DNA of 63,958 bases, filler included, from Craspedostauros australis (Eukaryota), in the NCBI GenBank assembly GCA_030167865.1. It is 8 parts of 8 records of this genome, joined end to end, with 100 filler letters (N's around TTAATTAATTAA, not from the genome) between each part and the next. Parts side by side here need not be neighbours in the genome. Positions count along the whole stretch, not along the records: positions 20,980 to 27,042 come from JALAGF010004763.1; positions 27,143 to 40,186 come from JALAGF010004764.1; 6 more parts are not named here. One strand, 5' to 3'. The position numbers and the translations under genes were made by a program. Each line of letters begins with the position of its first letter. Position 1 is the first letter of the stretch. Shown in pieces: positions 20,980-34,000 of the stretch. Under the pieces are notes generated by a model that saw nothing but the letters and a program-made list of their open reading frames with translations, had not been told where the DNA came from and searched no databases.

Positions 20980-23900
20980 CCCATCCCAGCTCGGCAAGGG
21001 GACCAAACGGCCGCCGAGCAAGAAGAAGGCGACCTCGCCCAAGGCAACACCGGGGATGCCAACAACCCACCGAACCCTGGTGAAACCGAGGGAACCGCAG
21101 GACGCGAAGGGAACGTAGGCAACCAAACTGGATCCACTGGAGGTGCCTTTCCTTTCGACGCCGACGAAGACCCCATCGGACCCGGAACCACGTACGTGGC
21201 GTACGAAAGCGAAGACAAGCCAGAGAAGCCCATCATGGGTGGCCTCACCAAAGCTGGTCGTCACTGGGTGCCCTGGACGGGAGGGAAACCAAACGTCGAG
21301 TGGACTGGCCTTGCGGAAGACGCAGCCACGTCCTACGACAGCTCCCAACAGCAGCGTGTCCTCCACAACGGCTCGGACTCCAAGAACCAACCGGAGCGGG
21401 AGAAAGGCATCCGCCCTCGCTTTCGGATCGGAGACAACCGTCAGCGCATGCTGCGCCTCCTCAAGGATCACATGTCCACCGCAGGCCTCATCTCGATGAC
21501 CTACATGAGAAGCAACGAACACCCCGACGAAATGGTGTGCGTCCTCGACGCCCCAGGCAGCACCACCATCAGCCAAGCCACTGACCACCATGACGCCTAT
21601 CGCCACTTGTGGGATCGATACGACAAGCAGAACAACGCATCTGCTGCTCGATTCCTCCGCGACAGCCTTGACCCTGACCTCGAAGACCGCCTGATGAATC
21701 GCATCAAGCCGAAGTACCAACAAGACTTCAACGTGATTTTCACCGAGCTCATCAAGAGCATCACGTCAAGCTCGCTGGACAAGTACGCACGGCTCCAAGA
21801 GAAGGTCAGAAAGACCACGCCCCAGAAGTTTCAGGGAGAGAACATCCAAGCAATGGCTGACGCTCTCCGCATCATGTGCAAGGAACTTCAAGATGCCGAC
21901 CAGTTCGAAATCTCGCTCCTCCGTACCATGACAGATAACTTCTTCATGGCAGGAGGCAGAACCACGTCAGGAGAACGATACCGTCATCGAATCCTCGACA
22001 TCAGCGATCGACTCAGACGACTGATCGAAGACAAGTCCCTCAAGACCTACGAGCGAGCGGAGCCCCACCTGCTCCGTGAGGACCTCACCTGGATGGACAT
22101 TTGCAGCGTAGCTGAGGATGCCTATCTCGACGAGCTGCAGGGAAACTCCTGGCACGCCAACAGACACTCCCGTGACCGCAACACCCCGCGCATGCATGCA
22201 AACCACTCCTCGACTACAAAGGAAGCTCGTCTTCTGGAACAGAACAAAGGAGGCAAACGCATGAACGCCAAGGGCAAACAGGCCAACAAGAAAACACAAC
22301 CAAAGAAGGACCCCTGGATCACAACGCCCCCAAGGAAGGGTGAGCCACAACAGAAGCTCATGAACAACAAGACCTTCCACTGGTGCGCGAAGTGCCGCCA
22401 CTGGCGCATCTCCCACGGCACAGCCGGCCACATCGACGACTTCAAGCACAAGCCAAACAGTCCGCAGCTCGAAATCGACCATGCAGCATGGACCTGTCTC
22501 TCCGCTGAAACCCACGCAAACGAACGCTCCTGGTGGACCGCAGTGTGGAACATGTTCACCGCCTTCGAAACCATCAACATCGTTACCGGCACCTTTCTCC
22601 TCCTTTGTGCAGCACAAGTCGCTCTACTCGGCATCGAGTGCGGATGGCATGTGATGAGCATCATGGTGTGGATGACAACAGCCGTTGTGCTATTCGCCCT
22701 TCACACCAACGTCCCACGCCAGTACCAGCCAACCCCAATGCGAACCATCCGCCAAGTCAACACATGGAGGAAGAAGCAAAAGAAGTCAAATAGAGCTAAC
22801 CAAAGCTTCTATCACTACCCGGCAACGCCCCCGAACGATCTCTACGACTCTCTGTTCGGGAACAACGACTTCAAACATTTTCTCCTTCACAAGCGCACCA
22901 ACACCAAACGTCACGCCCCACGTCACGCCCCATGTGCGAACCACCAAAACAAAACTCGCCGTGCTCGCCGGTTCCGAAAACACCAAATCTCCTGTCGCGC
23001 GCGAAACAAGACGAATCCCGCTCATCCACCAAACCGGTACACGAAACATCATTGCGGCATTGACCACTTAAGGACTCCCACTCACTCCATGCGTACGTCT
23101 CACACAGACCCAAGCGAACACGCAGGTACCAACATACTTACCAACGCCTATCACACCCTCGCTACGACCTTCGGTTTCCAACATGCTTTCGCCGCACCCC
23201 ACAAGGTGGAAGGAATCATCCCTCAAGACGGCTCCTTCGACGTGGTGTGGGACACCGGCGCCTCCATCTGCGTGACCAACGATATCAACGATTTCGTAGG
23301 TGCCACCTCGGCACCAACCTCGCCAACCTTCCTCAACGGATTTCTCCGACGCACCAAGGTAAAGACGAAAGGCAGGGTGGAATGGTCCATCCTCGACATC
23401 AATGGCAACCCTCGGTCCTTATCCCTTCCGGCTTTCTATGTGCCGGAGTCCTCAGTCAAGCTCATCAGCACCGCATGCCTCCTCAATGAATACAAAGGGG
23501 AGAANATTGTCGTGGAAGCGAACAACATCNAGCTGAGCGGCATCCCTGGAAACGACGAACGAGGTCCCATCATCGCCCACAACAAGAAATCGAACAACCT
23601 TCCGACCTCACGTGCATACCGCACTGGCGACCTCACCGAACTCCCAGCGGCACTCACCACAACAGTAACGTCCGTGGCAGAGCAGAACCAAAACCTGTCT
23701 CAACCGCAGAAGGAGCTGCTCAAGTGGCATTATCGACTCGGGCACCTCTCCTTCAGACGAGTGCAGTTCCTACTCCGATCCGGCGCCCTCGTCAACACTG
23801 AGGCATCAAGGAAAATGCAGACAGCCGCTGCCCGCGTACAAGAATGCCCGCTGTGTGCGGCGTGCCAGTTTGGCAAACAGCACTGCAGGACTACACCAGG

Positions 23901-26900
23901 CACAACACAGCACGCCGTCCAAGACCGACAGGGAGTGATCAAGACGGATCACCTCTTCCCGGGCCAACAAGTCTCCGTGGACCACTTCGTGGGGCGCACC
24001 TTGGGCCGCCTCTTCACAGGAAGAGGCAAGTCCGATGCGTCGGAAATGTATAAGGGTGGAGCAATGTTTGTGGACCACGCATCTGGCTACATACACGTGG
24101 AGCCAGTCGCATCCCTCACGACCCACGCTACATTGGAAGCGAAGGAACGCTTCGAGTCCATGTGCCGCGATGTGGGTGTACCCGTGCGTTCGTACCTCTC
24201 GGACAATGCCACCACCTTTACATCGCCAGATTACGCTGAACACCTCAAACAGTTTCATCAAGTGCACCGCTTCGCTGGAGTCGGCGCTCACCATCACAAC
24301 GGGGTGGCCGAGCGCAGCATCCGCACGATCATCTCTATGGCACGAACAATGATGATGCATCAAAGCATTCATTGGCCTACGATGTTCGATGCCAAACACT
24401 GGCCCATGGCCGTCGTCCATGCCGCTTACGTACACAATCGCGTACCAAGCGCAGCAACAGGACTCACGCCTTTAGATATCCTCTCGCGCACGCGCATGCC
24501 CCTGAAACAGCTACACAACCTACATGTGTGGGGCAGCCCCGTCTACGTCTTGAATAAGGCGCTCGGCGACGGCCGCAAGATACCAAGATGGGAACCGCGT
24601 GGGGAGCGCTATGTAAACATGGGACTCTCCGCTCGCCACGCATCCACGGTTCCGCTGGTCCTCTCACCGAGGACGGGATCAATCACACCACAATTTCACG
24701 TTGTGTTTGACGATTGGTTCGCGACGATAGCGACTGATCTGGCTGATCTCCCAGACTACAACTCAACGGAATGGACGCACATGTTTGGCGACACTACGTA
24801 TCAAATACCGTTCGATGACGACGATGTCATTGCTATGGAGGAGCGGGACATCGAGCAAGAGGATGAAGCCGATCATCAGCGATTCCTTCCCTCACACGGT
24901 GACGATCCACCAGCAAAATTGTTGCCAGAAACACCAAACACAAGAACCCCGATTGTGAGTGAACAAAATTCACCAACTCACATTTTGAGGCAACCTGTGA
25001 CGCCACATACGAAAACCGATGCCACCCCAATCGACCAAGTGCAACCACCTCAGCAAATCAGCCGCTCGCCGACAACCATCGATATCAACAAGCCGATACC
25101 ACCAATGCCGTCGACAGAGGGAGCCGGAGAAGATCCAGCAAGTCACGCTGAACCGTTGCCGCCAACAGAGGGAGTTGTCAACGACAACAGTAACGACGAC
25201 GTACAACCACCAATCGACTCTCCTCCGACTTCACCGCTGCGCAAACCCATCACCGCACAGACAGAGCAACCCACGACGAAGAAGGTAAAGCTACCTCCAC
25301 TGCGCCGCTCTGAACGCATCAACAAGCGCACACCACGAGAGCGACGGACCGTTGAGCGCCTCACCTACGACACCTTGGGCGGAAAAGTGGCTTGGGCCGA
25401 CGACATCACACAACCATCCGAAACCAGCGCAAACGTAACCACCATCGCGACAAGTGAACCTAGCAAAGACCAAGCCGTGGAAGACATGAAGCACGCTCTC
25501 CAAACCTGCCGCGCGACTCTTCAGTGCTACACAACCCACACAAACGAAATAGTAACACAGAAGGCCCACGATCTGGTGCGCAACGCTGACTCCATGCTCC
25601 GAAATCTGGCGACAATCGACACCACCGAATTGACCTGGGAGGAACGACGTTGGGCACAGGGCGACCTTGAGATGGAAAGGATGCTTCGCATCCAGCAACT
25701 CGAAATCCGGGCCAGGATGCACAAGGAACAAGAGGAGACGGCAGCCAGCAAAGGAACGCCAACCAACGAGCACCACATCCTCATGATGAGCAATCACTCC
25801 GACTCGTCCTCGGAAGACGACGACCCACTTCCAGGCACCACAATGCGCCCCATTGACATCGGCCACCTTTGGCCACACCATGTCAACATCACTCGACACA
25901 TCGGCCATTACTTCGACCATGTAGTGCGATTTCGATTCCCGACGGAAGCCGCAAGGAGCCAGTGCGTTTACTACGCCATTCGCCGATTCGTCGATGCCGT
26001 CGAAGAAATGCTCGAAACAGGCGAATACCACCTCCCCGTCTCATACTTCGGTTTCATACCAAGAACACAAGGTCAGCGATACACTCTGGAACGGGCCATC
26101 GCCGCCATGGAAAATGGCCTACGACCACCGGACGAAGACGAACGGGTGCAGGACTTCATGCGACGAGCGGGTTTCGCTTGGCACCTCATTACGCACGACG
26201 AGCGTTTTGAAATCGGCATACTGCACCTGCACATCCAACTCGGCGTCGCGCCGGAGGTACCACCAACAATCATGGCTCCGCCAAGCGAATTTGAACCGGC
26301 CGAACACCGTGCCTCAGCTCCGACAAACGCCCATTCTTCACGACAACATGAGAATGACGAATCCGACGAACACTACGCGATGGCAGCAACCCTTGAGCAC
26401 GATGGTGACGATCACACCGACCACCACCGCGCCTTCATCACGTACAACTTACTCAACTTCTTCACGACCGGGGGCGATCTCAGCATCTCGGATCGACACG
26501 TCAGCTACAAGGCATCCAAGACCGACCCCGACACCCTCTCCTTCAGCGAGGCGATGAACGACGACAACAAACAAGAATGGATGGCAGCCGCACATAAAGA
26601 AATTCATGACCTTACCAAAAAGGGGACTTGGATTGAGGTGCCAAAATCCACCGCTACTGATCGCATCTTCCCTGGCACGTGGGTGTTCCGGCGCAAGCGG
26701 ATGCCCGACGGCACGGTAAAGAAGTATAAGGGACGGTGGTGCTGCAGAGGCGACATGATGACTGAAACGGAAGCGACTTACGCCCCGGTCGTTGCCTGGT
26801 CCTCTGTTCGCGTCTTTCTCATCCTTTCCATTTTGCTTCGCTGGGTCACGACATCAATTGATTTCTCAAACGCCTTCGTACAAGCCGACATCCATCGTCC

Positions 26901-27042
26901 GGTATACCTACACCTTCCACGCGGATTCCGATCAACCAACGGACCCGATACATGCCTGAAGCTGATCAAAAGCCTCTACGGGTTAACTATAGCTCCCAAG
27001 CTATGGTACCAACACCTTGTACGTGCTCTCCTCGCGGAAGGA
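20980..27042 (+). mobile_element. Ty1/Copia (diatom CoDi-like) gag-pol, truncated at both ends by gaps
   Basis: Frame is open across the whole contig. Gag with HWCAKC..H..H knuckle, protease VWDTGAS (~23245), integrase WHYRLGH..CAAC / SVDHF / SDN / NGVAER, then RT (TWVFRRKR..KKYKGR..TYAPVV..IDFSNAFVQA..KSLYGL). PR-IN-RT order is Copia. Confidence 0.95.
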
Positions 27043-28044
27043 NNNNNNNNNNNNNNNNNNNNNNNNNNNNNNNNNNNNNNNNNNNNTTAATTAATTAANN
27101 NNNNNNNNNNNNNNNNNNNNNNNNNNNNNNNNNNNNNNNNNNACACACACTGAAGGTAGTGACATGCCGGAACAAAAGGAGCCTCCTCTGCTGTAACAAA
27201 CAGGGCCAGTGATATCACCATATTCCAGGACTGACAGATACGGTAGCATGCCATTCGAAGGAACAAGGAGGAACGTCCCTTGGACAACCCCCTGGCCAAG
27301 CAAGAGCCCAATCACATGGGAGAACGTTGGAGCAACGCGTGCCAAGGGGGAAATCCCAAACCATAGGTGTCCCAACATAGTGCAACCGAAGTCAACGTAA
27401 CGGTGACAGTTGTCCGTTGGACGAAGGCTGATCCAACGATACACCCACATTGATGATCCCCGCTTAACAGTATAAGCATCACTGCATGCAATTTCATGGT
27501 GGAGGAACATGCGATTGAAGTATGCTTTTAACGTGGAACAGTGCAGTCAAGTGCGTGCCTAAGTATGATGTAGACCTTCGTGCTAATCGAATTCGGGACT
27601 GCGTTCTCAGAAGTCTAACTTTGGGTAGACTTCAGGTCGACATTGGTCGTCTGTCGTGCATACGTCAGGTTCTTGAGCATACCGAAGTTTTTGGTGTGAT
27701 TTCCAACTATACGGCAACCTCCAGGGGCATTCGCAGATGGGATCGCGAACCGCCATTTCACACACATCGCATCGTTGGTGTCGTCGTAACTGCGCAGGCA
27801 AACGCTTTGAGAATTCGCCAGGGGTTCGCGCAATCAGTCAACATCGCAGGCAGAGAAACTTGTGGAACTCTGTGGGGAGACAACTACGAGTAGGAGCTAA
27901 AATGGATTTATCGGTTGTGCCGGTGTTGCATCGTCTACCATACTGTTTTGGTAGAGCAAGACCTGTGCGACTTTGGAGGTTCTCGTGCCATCCGAGGAAG
28001 GCAGAGGCCACTGGTCTGGACGAGTGCTTGTGCCGAATCACCCA

Positions 28045-31000
28045 TTAGCCCAACAAACCCATGTCGTCATCGTTGTCCCCGTCTAGCTTCATCCCCATGC
28101 CCCCGCCACCGTCCGAGTAGCTGCTGCGGTTGCGACTGCCGCCCTTCAACTTGATCTTCCCAAAGAACTTGCGCGTGTTGCGGCCGATCTTGCTAATATC
28201 CGGTTTCATCGATAGGCCAAAGCCCTTCCTCGACGAAGACTTCTTGCCTTCGGCGCCACTCCCAGAGAAGTTGTCCATGTCGTCGCTGCTGCTGAGACCA
28301 GGTTTGTTGAAGGACGATCCGAGCATTCCGGCCGTGTCTGACGTGTTGTCATTCTCACCGATTGGTGGTAAATCAGACGTCCCGAACTTGCTCAGCATCG
28401 GCTGCTTGTTGCCTCTCAACGACGTGGACAGTCCAAAGAAGCTCGCCGGCCCGTTGCTGGTGCCACCGTCGTTGTTGGAATCCGTGTTGTCGCCATTGTC
28501 GTCTTCGTCACCCTCCATGATGGTTGGTTCCGCCCCGGCCGCCAAGCCCCCGCCGTCAGCACCGAAGCGCCGGCGTCCCGACAGCAACCCCAAATCGCTG
28601 GCGTTTGTGGCAGTTGTCCGCACGGAGTTCTGCCTGTCGAGCACAAAGTCTCCTCCCTTGTTCTGGACCTTCTCCAAGGCTTCCGCAGCGGTCATCGGCC
28701 TTGGGCCACTGTTCGCGAATGACGCTCCGGGCGCCTGCTCTTGTCCAAACTGGCGCTGGGTCGACTGGAAATTGGTTTTACCGGATGGGTTCGGAGCGGC
28801 AAATGACGTATTTGGCTGCAATGGTTGTTGGTGGAAGTCTTGGAATCCATTCTTCTTGAGATCCTCCATCTCTTTCTTGAGTTCGAACACGGAGAACAGC
28901 TTTTTGGATTTCTGCTTCTTCACTTCGTCATTGTACACCTTTGTCGGATCTGGCATGCCGCGACTGCGGTGGCGTCGACGATGGCTACCACTGTTAGGTC
29001 TGCGGTAGCTACCATGCTTGCTTGACTTGGTGTTCCGCCGGCGTTCCATCTGCGCGCGTCTCAGATTGGCCTCGAGAGAATCATCCGAAGCTGAACCATC
29101 GGTGTCGCCGGCATTGGCTTGACCGCTCTTGTTCTTCGCCTTGGACTGTTCGACCGCGGCTTTCAGTTTGCCTTCCTTTTGCATCGAGCGTGCCTTGAGA
29201 CGGAAAAGCTCGTCGTCAAAGCCATCGCTCACACCAGATAGACCTGAGACGACCGAAAGTGCCGCGGATTCTTCGTCAGAATTGAGTCCGTCGGAGTTAT
29301 CATCCTCCGCATCCGAATCCATAATGATCGACCCCCCGTCGCTGCTAAAGTTTGCCTCGTACGCCTCTTCTGGCTCTTCATCGAAAACATCCTGCATCGC
29401 TCTTCGGAACTCCTTGGAAAACTTGCTGTCCAGCTTGCGACGCCTTCGTTTGCTCCTCTTCTTGCGTTTCTTGTCCTTCTTTTCGCCTTCGAACAGGAAC
29501 AGGCGGGGGAACTCTTCCGCGCCCGTCTTGGTCATGTTCTTCTGATCGACCTTGGTCCTTTGTCTGTCCTCGCGGCGCTGGCTGATCTGCGCGGCCACGT
29601 GCTTGTCGGCTTCCATCGTCTCCCATTTTTCTTGGAAATCCGCCTCCCAGCCCTTGGTCTTCTCCGCGACCTTGCTTTCCATGAGTTCGAATTCGACTTC
29701 GTCGAATCGCAAAGATTCCATGAAATCCGCTTCAACCTCGCTGTTGCCATCGCTGCTTTCGTCCTCTTCCGGCTCTTCGTGGATGGTTGCTTCGGCGCCC
29801 ATCGTCTTTTCTTGGGCTGAGAAGGACTGGTTGAAGTTGAATACAGAACGATCGAAGAAAGAGGGATTCTTCTCGAAGAAGTCATCTTGGATGTCATCGT
29901 CCCGCTCAGATGACTCCTCCGTAATCCCACCTTTGATTCCCAGCTTCGATGCTCGATTCTTGCCAGACGACTCCCAGGGATGCGCCTTGGGTTTTTCGAG
30001 CGTAGCACTGCTTTCCCCGAAGAGGAGAGATGCATTCAGGTTCGGCTTGGGCTTGGGTTTCCTCCTTTTCGTTGCCTGCTGTTTTCTCGAATCGATGGTA
30101 CCAAGGCTCATTTCATCCCCATGCCGTGTCAAGCCGACGTCGTCGTCACTGTCATCATCCCCTCTTTTTTGAGCGGCGAGATGTGCTGATAGATCCATCG
30201 TTTTGGGTTTGCGCGGTGACAGGTGCTTTCCACGAACGGTCACAGAGCGTCCGCTAGGATCGGCCGGTTTGTGGGGGAGTTGCATTGATGATTCCGACGA
30301 GGACAGGGCCCCATCTGGCAACGCATTCTTCGGGTCACTACGCTTGTTCCGCGAGGAGGAGGAGGATGACGATTTGCTCTTGCTGATTGTCTTGCGTTTC
30401 GCTCCTTTCAGGCTCTTCGAAGATGATGTTGACCGCGGTGGTTGGCGTCGTTTGTCGTTGGACTTCGACGATGTTCTCTTGTCCCCTGACTTGCCCTTCC
30501 CTCCTCGGCTCTTCTTGGAGGTAGATGAGGCCCTGGATGCATGCGAGGAAATAGACTTTGAGCGGGGTGCTTTCCTGCCTCCGTTCGATCCATTGGACCT
30601 GCGCGACGAACGGTGCTTCTTGCCCTTACTCGCTTTGCTTGACGAAGTCGATGCGCGGTCGATAGCTGATGCTGCCGTCGACTGTGATCGCACTTCGAGG
30701 TCCTCCTTCGACGATACGCTGCCTTCGGCGTCGCTGTCGGAATTGGAGCTGTACCCGCTGGACGATGACAAAGACTCGTCGGAATCATCGCCTTCCCACT
30801 CCGTATCGGTTTCCCACGACGATGAGTCGTTCATCATTTCGTCTTGCAGCTTCTTCTCGATGGTCTCCTGGACGAGCTCTTCTTGCTTCTTCTGCTCTTC
30901 CTCCATCTTCTTGATTTCGTTGTCCATCTCCATCGCCTTCAGCTGCTCCTTGATCAGATCCTCCTGCAGTTTGCGCGCCTTTTCCAATTCAATCTCTTTC

Positions 31001-34000
31001 TTGCTCTTGCCTCTACCAAACCCAAACCAACCACGTTTTGCAGGGTCAGAGTTCCTCACGGACATCGATACGGACACCGACGCCGACGGGGCCACAGATT
31101 GATTTGACGATCTCACTGGTGGCTCTGTTGTCTCCGAGAGACTTGATGGTAAGTTGGTAAAGACGACCTCATCCTTTTTCTCGCTGGCGTCGAGTTCTGC
31201 CTCACCCGTCGAGCTCACTGGAGGAGGTTTCTTTACTTTGCGCCTCATCTTCTTTGGCTTCTTCTCCTTCCTATCTTTCTTGTTCTTTTTCTTCTTTCCC
31301 CTCTTGTCTTCTCTCTGACTCTGTTGGCTAGATGCGGTTTCGAGGTCCTTTGCGCCCTTGATGTTATCGTCTTCCTCGATCGTAGCAGCGCGAGTGAGGG
31401 CAACATCATCATCAGATGCTTTTTCGTCTGGTGGTTTACTGGACTCGATCTTCGGAGCTTCGCGATCTTCGGTTTCTGTATGCCCGCCCTGTGAAGTTGC
31501 TTTGCTGTTCGTATGTCGTTTGGATGGCTTAGTGCCGGACTTGGCAGCTGACTTCTTCGTCGGCTTGATAGGTGACTTGCTTTGCGCGGTGTCGTCGTGC
31601 GTTTCTTTCGACTTTGGCTGTGACGCAACGCTGTCAATTGGTTGGACAACTGGTTGCTGTGGAGCGTTCTTGCTGAGCCGTTCGTCCTTGAGGAGCTCGA
31701 GGTCTTCTATCTCATCTTCACCGAGCTCTTCACCGCGCTTCCGTCTTTCGAAGCAGTCCAACTCGAACAGCTCGTCGTCACTCAGTTCGTCTCCAGCACG
31801 AGCACGCTCGAAGAGCTCAAGCTCATACAATGCATCAGCATCATACTGCTCTCCACGATCGCGGCACTTGATCAAGTCCTTGAGGGTTTTTGCGTCAAGA
31901 GCGAGTTGGCGACGTTCGTCTCGCAGCAAATCGAGCTCATCCAGTTCATCGTCTTGTAGCTCCTCGCCCAACAGGCGACGCTCGAACAGCACAACCTCGT
32001 ACTCCTCGTCCTCATTCAACTCCTCTCCTGCCCGGCGCTTCTCGAACAGCTCCAGCTCATACAAACGATCTTCATCCATACTCTCGCCTGCATCCTGCAT
32101 CTTGTGCAAGTCCGTGAGCTGATTCTGTGTGAGCACATCGAATTTAGATCTTGTGAAGTGATCGAGTTCATCCAGGTCTTCGTCAGTGAGTTCGTCTCCG
32201 TTGTGCTTCTTGTGGATGATATCGAGGATGATGAGGTCATCTTCGTGCATGTCGTTGCCGTTGTGATCGTCTTCGAGTAGCTCGAGTTCGAAAAGGTCGG
32301 GGAGGTTGATGTTGTGACCTTGTTGCTGTTGCAATCTGAGATCCTTGAGTGTGTTGATCCATGCTGGAGGAGCAGCGTCAGCGTCAGTATCGTCGTCTGC
32401 GGTGTTGATGAGTTCTATATCTGTGGTTGCGTTGGTGGGCGAATCATCTGCACCGGCGACATCGTCGTTGGCATCAACACTGGCGGTATCGCCGCCAGTA
32501 TCATTATCGCCAATTCCATCACCATCACCGTTTCCGACCGGATCGCCACTCTCCTGCTTTTGCATCTGCAACAGCCTCTCGATCTCCTGCTGAGCCGCAA
32601 GCTTCTCTTCACGCTCCATCTGCAGCATCTCCAGATCTTCGATCTCGCTTTCTGACAGCACCTCACCACGTCTGCGCCTCTTGAAGAGGTCGACTTCGAT
32701 CAGTTGATCTTCGTCGAGATCGTCACCTCGAAAGTGTTTTTGGATGAGTTCGGCTTCATAGAGCGCTGCGTGGTCGATTTCGTATCCGTCATCGAGTTGG
32801 TATCTGAGTGTGACGACTTCGGCTTCTACACGTGCCTGTAGCTCGTCGTCGTCCAATGCATCATCGTGGTCGGTGTTGTCATCATCTTCGGCTGGGTTGG
32901 AGCGATGGGGAAGATCTTCTTGTTCAGCACCCTCCCCAGCATTTCTTTGGCTTGGCTGTTCCTGTTGATCAGAAGAAGCCCCGCTCTCTTTTTTTCGCCA
33001 ACCAAAGCGGCTGAACCATGGCTTTCCAGTTGTTGGTTGATCGGCTTGTGGTGCATCTTGTGTTGGTGCTTCTGGGGGATCTTGTGGGCTGTTCGCCTGT
33101 ACATCTTCTGGGACGTTTTCTGCACTTTCAGCGGGTAGCGGAGGTTGCGGAGATGCCTTTACTTTCGCTTGGTCGGCGCCATCAGAGGTTGATGCTTTGT
33201 GGTGGTGGCCAGGTTGATCTGGTTGGCCTTCGGCTTCCTCCTTGGGCCGGTTGGCTGGCTGTTCTTGCTCTTTTGGTCGGGGTTTGCTGGCATCGATGTG
33301 ATCTTCGTTGATATGCTCGTCCTTGCCGTTGCGATCGAGGTTCGTTTCATCATTCTGAGCTTCGACGTGGCCTTGGCCTTGATCGTCTTTGCCAGAATTC
33401 TCATTCTCATTCTCAGCCTCATTGACATCAACATCAGTCTCCTTGCCTTCCAAAGCGACCTCGTGGCGCTCCTCTCTCAGCATGTCAAGCTCATCCAGTT
33501 CATCATCCTGGAGCTCTTCACCTAGCATGCGACGCTCGAACAGCACAACCTCGTACTCCTCATCCTCATTCAGTTCCTCTCCAGCTCGGCGCTTCTCGAA
33601 CAGCTCCAGCTCATACAAGCGATCTTCATCGATACTCTCGCCTGCATCCTGCATGTCGTACATGTCCATGAGCTGATTCTGTGTGAGCACATCGAATTTA
33701 GATCTTGTGAAGTGATCGAGTTCATCCAGGTCTTCGTCGGTGAGGTCGTCTCCGTTGTGCTTCTTGTGGATGATGTCAAGAACGATGAGGTCGTCTTCGC
33801 TGATATCGTTGCCGCTGTGGTCATCCTCGAGTAGTTCGAGTTCGAATAGATCTGGGAGGTTGATGTTGTGACCTTGTTCCTGTTGCGATCTGAGATCTTT
33901 GAGTGTGTTGAGCCATTCTGGAGTATCATTGTTGGTGTTGGTGTCGGTGTCGGTGTTGGAATTGTCATTTGTATTGACATCCGAGGTGACGTCTCCGCCA

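Noticed and set aside
27143..28040. Short ORFs downstream of the giant gene
   Set aside because: No motifs or consistent coding signal.
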